A stretch of 14,681 nt of DNA, from assembly GCA_964565725.1 (NCBI GenBank), contig CAZMGA010000016.1, forward strand, positions 1 through 14,681, written 5' to 3'. Under the pieces are notes generated by a model that was not told where the DNA came from, ran no database searches, and saw only the letters and a program-made list of their open reading frames with translations. Every line of letters starts with the position of its first letter. The stretch's first letter is position 1. This DNA comes from an uncultured archaeon (lineage in GTDB: Archaea; Iainarchaeota; Iainarchaeia; Iainarchaeales; 0-14-0-20-30-16). Made by a program: the position numbers and the translations under genes. Below, one piece after another: positions 1 to 7,900 of the stretch.

Positions 1-570
1 ATATTTTAATAAATTTAAAACGTCTGCTCTACCTTCTACTAAAATTATTTCATCATATGAATCTATATTTGGACCAGCACTTAGTTTATCTGGGCCAAAA
101 CTAGTTACTTTTGAAGTTTGAATTTCATCTCTAACTTCATTAGTGATTTCTTGACTATCTGGTATTTCTTCATTTAAAATATTTGCCAATAATTCTTTTG
201 CTCTAGAAACAATAACTTTTCTTTTACTACCTCTAGTATCTTCAATAGCATCGGTTTTGAAAATAGCATCACAAGGACCTACTTTATCTACAACTTCCAT
301 AGTAGCTGCTAAAATAGCTGTTTCAACCATATCTGCACCAGAAGGTATAATTAAGGTTCCTTTAGTAACTCCTTTTTCAGAAGCTAATTCTAATTCAATT
401 CTACCTATTTTTCCTGCACTTTGCAATTCTCTAATGTCTAAATCTTCACCAATTAAACCTTCAGATTGTCCAAATATTGCTCCAATTATATCATGTTTAT
501 CTACAACGCCTTTTATTTCAAAAGATTGTTTAATAATATATTTTGCTTGATTTAAGTATGTTTTTGCCAT
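1..570 (-). CDS. dnaG: Archaeal DnaG-type primase (Toprim protein), first 190 codons. The gene runs off the left edge of the window.
   Basis: Hand translation of the minus strand from ATG at 570 stays open to position 1 (570 nt, 190 codons). It reads MAKTYLNQAKYIIKQSFEIKGVVDKHDIIGAIFGQSEGLIGEDLDIRELQSAGKIGRIELE...DEIILVEGRADVLNLLKY. The GAIFGQ-EGL-G..LD.RELQ..G.IGRI block and the VEGRAD start of the Toprim domain are the conserved N-terminus of archaeal DnaG. A GAGGTGA Shine-Dalgarno site (complement of 577-583) lies 6 nt upstream. The gene is absent from the ORF track because it is edge-truncated. Confidence 0.85.
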   Translation of the reverse strand, partial: MAKTYLNQAKYIIKQSFEIKGVVDKHDIIGAIFGQSEGLIGEDLDIRELQSAGKIGRIELELASEKGVTKGTLIIPSGADMVETAILAATMEVVDKVGPCDAIFKTDAIEDTRGSKRKVIVSRAKELLANILNEEIPDSQEITNEVRDEIQTSKVTSFGPDKLSAGPNIDSYDEIILVEGRADVLNLLKY

Positions 571-607
571 AAATATTCACCTCTTGTTTATGGATTATTT
601 ATGAGAA

Positions 608-871
608 CTAGGCCTTAAACAATTTTAAGGAATAAGTATTTTCTTCTATTTGTAATATTTTTATGTTTGATTTGAAACCTTGAATAATGTTTGCATTCAC
701 TTTAAATTTTTTTAAAAAACTTAACAATTCATTATTTGCTTTGTTATCTAATGGAGGTGCTTTTATTCTTATTTCAAAAGCTCCTTTTTCTTCGTTATAA
801 CCTACAAACTCATTTATTTTTGAATTTGCTTTAATAAATATCTTTACCTTAAAATACACCATTTTTCTCAT
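608..871 (-). CDS. DUF167 / YggU-family (UPF0235) small protein
   Basis: 87 aa. The core IRIKAPPLDNKANNELLSFLKKFKV...IIQGFKSNIKILQI matches the YggU signature (V.APP.DG.AN..L..FL......V.I..G..S..K.I). It lies 37 nt upstream of dnaG on the same strand. Confidence 0.75.
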   Translation of the reverse strand: MRKMVYFKVKIFIKANSKINEFVGYNEEKGAFEIRIKAPPLDNKANNELLSFLKKFKVNANIIQGFKSNIKILQIEENTYSLKLFKA

Positions 872-900
872 TCTATTATATATAATTATTATACTATGAG

Positions 901-908
901 TTTATAAA
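901..908 (-). promoter_or_regulatory. TATA-box candidate (TTTATAAA) for the DUF167-dnaG unit
   Basis: A perfect palindromic TTTATAAA lies in the 48-bp spacer, centred about 33 nt upstream of the ATG at 871. The same octamer recurs in other spacers of this window. Confidence 0.4.
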
Positions 909-919
909 GATAGGTTTAA

Positions 920-1582
920 TTATAATTTTCCAAAAATTTCCTTTTTAAACCTTTTAAAAAAAATATCCATGAATTTACTTCTATCTTTTGCAATTTTTTT
1001 ACCTTCTTTAGTAAATAGTTTTTTATGAATTTCTTTTAATTTTAAAAGATATTCTCTATAAGCAGTATCTTCTTTAGTATAACTATATTTATTATTTATA
1101 ATCTCAAAATCAGTCAATTCAGGACAATCTAATTTTGCATTATATTCTCCAACCCAAATAAATGCTCGCCCTATACCTATTGCTCCAATACAATCAATTT
1201 TATCAGCATCAAATAAAACTTTTGCCTCTATAGTTTTCAAATTTTCTTTAGAATTTTCTCTAAATCTATGTGATTTAATACAATATACTACTTGCTTAAT
1301 ATTTTCTTTATCATAATTATATTTATTTAAAATTTTTTCAGCTAATTCAGCACCATATTTTGCATGACATATTGTTTTATCAATAAATTCTTGTTCTCTA
1401 CCAATATCATGCAACAACACAGCCAATTCTACAATTTCTAAATTTGCTTTTTCTTTTTTTGCAATGTGTTTTGCAATATTTAAAACTCTTAAAGTATGAT
1501 CCAAATCATGACTGCTTTTTGCGTTTTTAAATATGTTTTCAACCTCTAAAGTAATTAATTTTAATATATTTTTATTTTGCAT
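920..1582 (-). CDS. HD-domain metal-dependent phosphohydrolase (YedJ-like, standalone HD)
   Basis: 220 aa with H..DH..RV (SSHDLDHTLRV), LLHDIGR, a later SHRF and FDADKIDCIGAIGIGRAF. This is the classic H...HD...D pattern of PF01966-type HD hydrolases. Confidence 0.8.
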   Translation of the reverse strand: MQNKNILKLITLEVENIFKNAKSSHDLDHTLRVLNIAKHIAKKEKANLEIVELAVLLHDIGREQEFIDKTICHAKYGAELAEKILNKYNYDKENIKQVVYCIKSHRFRENSKENLKTIEAKVLFDADKIDCIGAIGIGRAFIWVGEYNAKLDCPELTDFEIINNKYSYTKEDTAYREYLLKLKEIHKKLFTKEGKKIAKDRSKFMDIFFKRFKKEIFGKL

Positions 1583-1590
1583 ATAAAACC

Positions 1591-1956
1591 CTAACTTATA
1601 TTTGAACCCAAAGCAATATTTTTATCAGGTGTTAATAAAGATACTTTTTCTGTACCATCTTCTAATTTTTGAGATGCTGCTAAAAGCATACCTTCAGATA
1701 TAAAAGGGCCTAATTTTCTTGGTTCTAAATTACTCACAACAATTACATATTTATTTTGCAATTCTTCTTTAGTGTAAAAAAATTTTAATCCTGCTACTAA
1801 AGTTCTTTTTTCTGCTTCACCCAAATCAATTGTTAATTTATATAATTTATCTTTACCTAAAATATCTTCTACATCTAATATTTTTCCAACTTTTAATTTA
1901 ATTTTTGAAAAATAATCATAATTAATATTTTCTATTAACCCTTCAATTTTATCCAT
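1591..1956 (-). CDS. Standalone tRNA-binding OB-fold protein (Trbp111 / CsaA / MetRS C-terminal-domain-like)
   Basis: KLKVGKILDVEDI..KDKLYKLTIDLGE.EKRTLVAGLKFFYTKEELQNKYVIVVSNLEPRKLGPFISEGMLLAA matches the EMAP/Trbp111 tRNA-binding domain. I prefer the ATG at 1956 (MDKIEGL) over the track start at 1980, because AGGTGAGG (complement of 1959-1966) sits 2 nt upstream of it. Confidence 0.8.
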   Translation of the reverse strand: MDKIEGLIENINYDYFSKIKLKVGKILDVEDILGKDKLYKLTIDLGEAEKRTLVAGLKFFYTKEELQNKYVIVVSNLEPRKLGPFISEGMLLAASQKLEDGTEKVSLLTPDKNIALGSNIS

Positions 1957-1960
1957 AACC

Positions 1961-2404
1961 TCACCTTTTAATTTTATCAAAATATGTTCTGTCTGCTTTT
2001 TCTATAAATAATCTTATTTTTGAATTTTCAGGGAATTCTTTTAATGTTTTTCCAAACCTATAAATTAATATTTTTTCAATTTCTTTTCTAAGAACCAAAT
2101 AATCTTTATGACCCCATAAAGCTAAATTTTTTAGATTTTTTAAATTTAATTCAAAATAAACCAATTCATAATATTTTATTCTTGCTAAATTTTCTTTTTG
2201 TGCTTCTGTTAATTTATCAATTTTTAATTCTTCACTTGATTTTAATTCTTTTTTTGATTTAGAACTATTAACTCTTTTTACATTTTCAAACGGCCTTCTA
2301 ATTTTTAAAGAATCAAAAATCGTCCCTGTTGGGGTTGTGGATTTGTTTATTTTTTCCATTCGTCTTAATTTTGCTTGCAAGGGATCTTTAAATATTCTTG
2401 GCAT
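1961..2404 (-). CDS. Hypothetical basic protein (147 aa), no family recognised
   Basis: This is a long ORF in a stop-rich AT background. It is K/R-rich with a predicted helical C-terminal half. Its TGA stop (1961-1963) lies inside the Shine-Dalgarno site of the downstream tRNA-binding gene, which indicates translational coupling. Confidence 0.55.
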   Translation of the reverse strand: MPRIFKDPLQAKLRRMEKINKSTTPTGTIFDSLKIRRPFENVKRVNSSKSKKELKSSEELKIDKLTEAQKENLARIKYYELVYFELNLKNLKNLALWGHKDYLVLRKEIEKILIYRFGKTLKEFPENSKIRLFIEKADRTYFDKIKR

Positions 2405-2466
2405 AATAAAATTATATCCAATTAGTTTAAATAAGTATTTTTAAAGGGAAAGCTTTTTAATTTATT

Positions 2467-3504
2467 ATGAGTTTTCCTGAATTTAAATATTTTCCAGACA
2501 GCCTAGATTTTACAATAACAAGAAATTGTACATTAAATTGTGAACATTGCATGGTAGGAAATTTATTACCTAAAGAAAATATGGACTATAGCTTTTTCAC
2601 TAAAACTATTTTTGAATATGAACAAATTTTAAAAGAACAAAGTAAAAATGAAAAACAAAAAAAACCCGCAATAATTTTATGGGGTGGGGAACCAACACTA
2701 CATCCCGAATTTAAAAAATTTGTAGAATTTGCTGCAAAACATTCTGAAATAGTATTAATAGATACAAACTTGACTGTTATGCCTATTAGAGAATCAGATT
2801 TAATAAATAAATTTGAATATTTAAAAAAACATAAAAACATAAGATTTATGATTTCATTTGATGATTTTCATTTATCTCAATTAAATAATTCCGCTTTGGA
2901 AAAATATGAATTGAAATTATTAAACTTTTTAAAATTTACAATTAATAACAATATAAATTGTGAATTTAATACTATAGGCACTATTAATACTTTAAAAAAA
3001 TTTAAAAATAAAGAATTAATAAAATTATTAAAAGATATATCTACAAACAAACCTAAAAACATAATCTTTACTAAAAATACTATAATAAATACAGGAAAAG
3101 CAAAAAAATTAAATGTTTCAAAAATATATTACCCAACAAGATTGGTTCATGACATATATCATAAAAATCCATCTTTAGTAATTAATTCTGATGGGCAAGT
3201 TTTTTATGGAGGAGAAGAAATATTTTTAGAAAGTTTAAATAAAAATAATTTTAGATATGCTGGAAATTTATATAAAGAAAGTTTATTAAGTGTAATTTCA
3301 AAGATAAGAAGACAAAAATTAATTCGAAGTGTTAAGGAAATAAAAAGATTACATAAAAAAGGAAAAATTAGTTTTGAAAATAGAAGTAAACCAGAACAAG
3401 CATGGATAGAAAAATGGTTTAATAATCCAGAAGCACGAAGAAATTATACCCGAAGAAAATTAAAGGAAATAAGAAAAAGATTAGGACAACACGTAAAAGG
3501 CTAA
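2467..3504 (+). CDS. Radical SAM domain protein with a basic C-terminal tail
   Basis: The CxxxCxxC motif is C21-TLN-C25-EH-C28 (nt 2527-2550), preceded by ITRNC and followed by the glycine-rich SAM-binding motif ILWGGEPTLHPEF. Only one further Cys is present, so there is no SPASM or auxiliary cluster. The last roughly 65 aa are strongly K/R-rich (RRQKLIRSVKEIKRLHKKGK...RRNYTRRKLKEIRKRLGQHVKG). Confidence 0.8.
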   Translation: MSFPEFKYFPDSLDFTITRNCTLNCEHCMVGNLLPKENMDYSFFTKTIFEYEQILKEQSKNEKQKKPAIILWGGEPTLHPEFKKFVEFAAKHSEIVLIDTNLTVMPIRESDLINKFEYLKKHKNIRFMISFDDFHLSQLNNSALEKYELKLLNFLKFTINNNINCEFNTIGTINTLKKFKNKELIKLLKDISTNKPKNIIFTKNTIINTGKAKKLNVSKIYYPTRLVHDIYHKNPSLVINSDGQVFYGGEEIFLESLNKNNFRYAGNLYKESLLSVISKIRRQKLIRSVKEIKRLHKKGKISFENRSKPEQAWIEKWFNNPEARRNYTRRKLKEIRKRLGQHVKG

Positions 3505-3520
3505 AAAAAAATAAAAAAAG
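3503..3520 (-). terminator. Oligo-T tract downstream of the minus-strand rps15-rps3ae-UPF0147 unit
   Basis: Read on the minus strand, the sequence just after the stop at 3532 is TTAATGTTTTCTTTTTTTATTTTTTTTT. T7 and T9 runs are typical archaeal termination signals. Confidence 0.45.
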
Positions 3521-3531
3521 AAAACATTAAA

Positions 3532-3804
3532 TTATTTTAATTCTTCTTTAACTTTTTCTAAAATATTTAATAATTGCCAAATATCACTTTTTGCATTTAA
3601 AGGTAAATTTGGGTCTTCACTAATATCTTGTAAACTATATATTACTTCAGATAAAACAACAGTATTTTTAGAATCTTTAGTAATTTTTTCATGAATTTGA
3701 TTTAATGTGTTTTTTACATTTTTTGGTATCATCACATCAGTCAAAAGTAAATCAATTAAATCCAAAATATTTTGTTTTTCGGAATCAAAGTCAAATTTAG
3801 ACAT
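3532..3804 (-). CDS. UPF0147-family small archaeal protein
   Basis: 90 aa. IPKNVKNTLNQI...DPNLPLNAKSDIWQLLNILE resembles the UPF0147 pattern (PRN.R..A....L...DPN.P...R..IW.....LE). A GGGGG Shine-Dalgarno site lies 8 nt upstream. Confidence 0.65.
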   Translation of the reverse strand: MSKFDFDSEKQNILDLIDLLLTDVMIPKNVKNTLNQIHEKITKDSKNTVVLSEVIYSLQDISEDPNLPLNAKSDIWQLLNILEKVKEELK

Positions 3805-3808
3805 TATT

Positions 3809-3834
3809 AAAACCCCCTTTAAATAAAGGGTTTT
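3809..3834 (-). promoter_or_regulatory. Intercistronic stem-loop overlapping the UPF0147 ribosome-binding site
   Basis: The minus strand reads AAAACCC-TTTA-TTT-AAA-GGGGG-TTTT. It forms a 7-bp outer stem (AAAACCC/GGGTTTT), a 2-nt G bulge and a 3-bp inner stem. The 3' arm contains the GGGGG Shine-Dalgarno site and ends in T4. Confidence 0.45.
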
Positions 3835-3838
3835 GCAT

Positions 3839-4414
3839 TTATAGCAAAACTCTTACTTTCTCCATTTCAGTAGCACTAATTGGAGCTATTTTTTTAATTT
3901 TAGGAATTAATTCTTCAAAATAAGTTTTTTCCATAATTTTTTCTAAAAACTTTTCTGCAGAATTTTCTTTAGCTGTTTTTGTAACATAGTCTACAAGTTC
4001 TTTTTTTATTGTTTTTCTTTTAGATAATTCTTGTTTTCCAAATGTTATAACAACACATTTTACACTCATTTTTTTTTCATCTTTAGATTGTATTTTTAAA
4101 ACAGATTCAATTTTACTAGTTCTTCTTCTAAATAATCTTCTTAAATAAGATGATTTAACTTCAAAACCTACTAATTCAGTTTGAGCGTTAGAACCTTCAA
4201 TTTTTGTTATTTTTAAAGATACATCTACATTTTTTTTCTTTACTTGATTTGTTAAAGAACCCAAATTTGTTTTAATTACTCTACCAATTATCTGTTCTGG
4301 TTTAATAGCAACAGTATCACCAAATTCCATATTCCCAAATATTTTTGGAGCAAATAATTTGTATTGTTTCTTTTTTTTCCACTTATCAACAACTGCTTTA
4401 CGATTATCAGCCAT
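3839..4414 (-). CDS. rps3ae: 30S ribosomal protein S3Ae (eS1)
   Basis: 191 aa. MADNRKAVVDKWKKKKQYKLFAP..F....GDT.A..PE...GRV......L... followed by LVGFEVKSSYLRRLFRRRTSKIE is the eS1 signature. An AGGTGAT Shine-Dalgarno site lies upstream. Confidence 0.9.
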   Translation of the reverse strand: MADNRKAVVDKWKKKKQYKLFAPKIFGNMEFGDTVAIKPEQIIGRVIKTNLGSLTNQVKKKNVDVSLKITKIEGSNAQTELVGFEVKSSYLRRLFRRRTSKIESVLKIQSKDEKKMSVKCVVITFGKQELSKRKTIKKELVDYVTKTAKENSAEKFLEKIMEKTYFEELIPKIKKIAPISATEMEKVRVLL

Positions 4415-4422
4415 TTAATCAC

Positions 4423-4932
4423 CTACTTAACCAATATTGCTGCCTTTTCTTCGCTATAATTCCAATTATTAGGCAACTTTCCTATTCTTTTGTAGTACTT
4501 TGCAAGACGTCTAATTTTTGATACTGTTATTTGATAACCTCTTTTGGAAGTAGTATCTTTTTTGTTTACTTTCATATGTTTCAACAATTTAACAGCTCTT
4601 CTTAATAAATTTGATAAATCTTCTGGAAGTTCTGGTTGTATATTTTTTTCATTTAATATTGCCAAAATTGTTTTTCCATAAAACTTTTTTACATTGAAAA
4701 TTTTATATTTTTCTTTTAAAATTAAACCTATTTTTGATGTTGATAAACCATCATTATGTAAATCAACTATTATTTTAGGTAATTCTTCTTTTTTAAGTTC
4801 TATTTTTTCTTCTGTTTTTACTTTTGTTTTTTTTACTTCTTTTTTTGTAGTATTTTCTACTTTTTTTACTAAACCTGTATTAGAAGTTTCAACTACTTCT
4901 GAAACGGGCTCAGTAGTGTTTTTCTTAACCAT
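4423..4932 (-). CDS. rps15: 30S ribosomal protein S15 (uS15, S13e type) with a divergent N-terminus
   Basis: The C-terminal two thirds (GLSTSKIGLILKEKYKI.NVKK..GK.I..IL.....QPELPEDL..LLRRAV.L.KH...NKKD..SKRG...T.SKIRRLAKYYKR.GKLP.NW.YS.EKA..LV) match archaeal S15P/S13e. A GGTGATG Shine-Dalgarno site lies upstream. Confidence 0.85.
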   Translation of the reverse strand: MVKKNTTEPVSEVVETSNTGLVKKVENTTKKEVKKTKVKTEEKIELKKEELPKIIVDLHNDGLSTSKIGLILKEKYKIFNVKKFYGKTILAILNEKNIQPELPEDLSNLLRRAVKLLKHMKVNKKDTTSKRGYQITVSKIRRLAKYYKRIGKLPNNWNYSEEKAAILVK

Positions 4933-4981
4933 TACATCACCAACCCTTTAAAATTAGTTAATAATATATTATATAATAAGC

Positions 4982-4989
4982 CTTATAAA
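4982..4989 (-). promoter_or_regulatory. TATA-box candidate (TTTATAAG on the minus strand) for the rps15 operon
   Basis: It lies in the 62-bp spacer between the stop of the giant gene (4995) and the rps15 ATG (4932), about 50 nt upstream of that ATG. Confidence 0.4.
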
Positions 4990-4994
4990 GCTAT

Positions 4995-7900
4995 TTATTC
5001 CTCTTTTTCAATATTATAATAAGTTTCTTTGGGTTGTTCTTTTTTTGGAAATTCTAATTTTTTTCTAAATAATATATACAAAACACCCAATAAAATTACG
5101 AAACCCAAACCTAAATAAATAGAAATATTATTATTTGAAGATTTTTTATCCATCAAAGATAATTTAGAATAATAAATTGATTCTATATAATTATTAGAAT
5201 CATAATAATCTTTTGCTTTATAAAATTCTAATGGAGCCTCTCCATCAATTTTATTTGCCACAAATAATAATTCTGTTTTTGCAATATCTTTAAGGTCTTG
5301 TTCTATTATATCAAAAGATTGTAATACTAAATCATAATCATAAAAAAAAGCGTCATAGTCTTTTGATAATAAAAATAAACCAATTGTATTTTTTTCATAT
5401 TCTTTGGCAACTGAATCTAAATTCACTATATCTTTAGACATAGATGTTAAAGTTTTTTTCACTGTTGTTAAATCTTTAGGATCAAAATTAAAGTTAATAC
5501 CTAATTTTTTAATTATTTGATAATGATCTGAATTAAATGAATCTTCTAATAAAGCATATTTTTTCCAAAAATCATTTAGATTTTCTTTATATAATTTATA
5601 TTTTGCAATCGTATCTTTATTAATTTTATTTGTGTCTTTTGTAGAATCTTTTATAAAAGTATTAAATTCTACAAGTTCAGATTTATAGTTATCTAATTCT
5701 AAAAAAGCAGAATTATAATCATTTTCGTATAACCTATTTGATAAATTAGTTTGAATTTTAGAAAAATTATTGGAAAAAATAGAATAATCTAGATTTAATG
5801 TTTTTGCATTTTTTTCTAGCTCTTTAAATTTTAAGTTTTCAGAATCATATAACTTTAAAATAGCAGAATCTAAACTTTTGGTATCTAATTTTAATTGTTC
5901 TAAAACTTTTAAAGAACCTTGAATATCTCCCAAAGAATATAAATTATTAGAATTATCTAAGACATCATTTAAAATAGAAAACTCTAAATTAGAATTGATT
6001 TTTACATTATAATCTTTTTCTAATTTTTTAATTGCAAAAGCATATTGTTTTTGTAAATTAAAGATTTTCGTCAACTCTAGATTCCTTTTTTCCATTAATA
6101 TTGAATTATTTACGCAGTCACCCAATAAATTATTTATTTTGGCCCGCAAACTAGAGATTAGTTTTATTTTTTTGTACTGAACAGACTCTTTATTTATTTT
6201 GACAATTTCTTGATTCAATTCCAATATTTTTTCTTCTGTAATCCAGGAAAATTTTTCTAAATATGCAATATCTTTTATTAAATTAGTTATATCTTTTTCT
6301 ATGTCATAAGAATTATTTTCAAAAACAATAGTTAAGTTTTTTTCTTGTTTTGCGTATAATAAATCAATTTTAAAATAAATTAATTGGTTTTGTATGTTTA
6401 CATCATATTCCTTATCAGAATATAATTTTATTTGGGAATTATTATTAACTTGTTGCAAATTAGGAATAGTTAAATTTATTTTATTTAAAGTTATATTTAA
6501 GTTATTTTTTAGTTTTAAATCATAAGTATAAATATTATTTTCAAAAGAATTTAGAGTATAATTCAATTCTATTGGATTTATTAAACTATAATTCACATAA
6601 ACACACTTTTTCTTAGGGCTCAAATTTTCAAAAACAATTTTTATTTTTGAATCTTCTATTTTAGATGGATATGTTTTTATATCGTCTGAAATAATTACTT
6701 GAGATATATGTTTTTCATCTATAGGAATATCTATATAATTATAATGATTTAAAATTTTTGTAAAACAAACTTCTTGTTGCAAAACACCATAATTAGAATT
6801 TACATTTATTGCTTTTGTTTTATAAGTAATGTCTTCATTGATCAGTAAAATATTATAATTCATATTTTCATTTAAACATTTAAATTCTAAGTTAAATTTT
6901 TCAGATACTTTTCTTAAACAGTCTTTAGGAATTATTTCACTTATAAATTCATTATTTAAAATTATATTAAAATCTAAATCCATCTTTCCTAAGTAATTAT
7001 TAAACTTTATCGAATTATTATCTATTTCATAATTTTCCTCAAAATAATAACTTAAACCTTTATTTAAGGAAGTATTTAAATTTAATTCAAAATCATTTAA
7101 ATAGTTATAATATTCTGAAATATTTTGTTCTAATAAAAATATATTTAATAATTTATTATCACTACAAATACTCTCTCTTTCAAAAAGCGCAAAATAATCT
7201 TTTTTTATAATGGAATAATCATTTAAATTAACACATTCTTTTGAATTTAATAATTTTTCCAAAAGTTCTAATTTTGAATTTATTATAAAATATTTTTCTT
7301 TAAGTAAATTAAACTCTTTAGTATTTTGTGCGAGCAATAAAACGTTTTTATTTGGTTTTGTATTTAAATTTAAATTATTGTTCAAATTTTCATATTGGTT
7401 AATACAATCTGTGTTTTCAGAATACAAAAGAATTTCAAAATATTTATTACAATACAAAACTTTTTTCTCGTTTTCTTTAGATTCAAAAAAATAATTCAAA
7501 TAATTTTGTAAAATAGTCCTTTTTTTAGAATCTTCTATTTTTAATACATTTTGCTTTTCGTTAATTAAATCAGCAGAACATAAAGATACTAAAGTTGTAA
7601 AATCAACTAAATTATAATTTGTTATTTCATCTTCTAAATCTTCTAAAATATATTTTAATGATTTTAAATAAACATGTTGTTCTCCTAAAGAATTAGCATC
7701 TAAAAAATCTAAATTATATTCTATATTTTTTAAATTACTCAATAATTCTTGAGGTTTGCTTTTTAGGTTATATTTTTCGTATAATAAACTATAATTATTA
7801 GAACCTATCAATTTTGATTCTATTTTTTCTCTTAATTCTTTTGTTTTGATTAAATATTCTTTTTTATATAATTTATTTTCTTGCTTAATTACACTTATAT

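Noticed and set aside
257-550. 97-aa plus-strand ORF from the track
   Set aside because: It lies entirely antisense to the well-supported dnaG reading frame. It has no Shine-Dalgarno site and a low-complexity hydrophobic or Ser/Pro/Ile composition typical of a shadow ORF.
920-1582. HD hydrolase as the c-di-AMP phosphodiesterase partner of the DAC protein
   Set aside because: It is a generic standalone HD domain about 9 kb away in a different operon. It lacks the 7TM (PgpH) or DHH/DHHA1 context. Nothing in the sequence links it to the DAC gene.
2586-3062. Two minus-strand ORFs (2586-2840 and 2877-3062) from the track
   Set aside because: Both lie antisense inside the radical SAM gene. Their Phe/Leu/Ile-rich translations are the mirror image of its Lys/Asn/Glu-rich codons. 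Neither has a start context.
4694-4951. 85-aa plus-strand ORF from the track
   Set aside because: It lies antisense to rps15. Its poly-Phe/Ser/Thr translation mirrors the K/E-rich S15 N-terminus.
5004-5126. PGF-CTERM/archaeosortase-type sorting signal at the C-terminus of the giant protein
   Set aside because: The G-L-G-F, TM, RKK layout is reminiscent. However, the motif is LGF rather than PGF, and 20 further residues follow the basic cluster, whereas PGF-CTERM signals sit at the extreme C-terminus.
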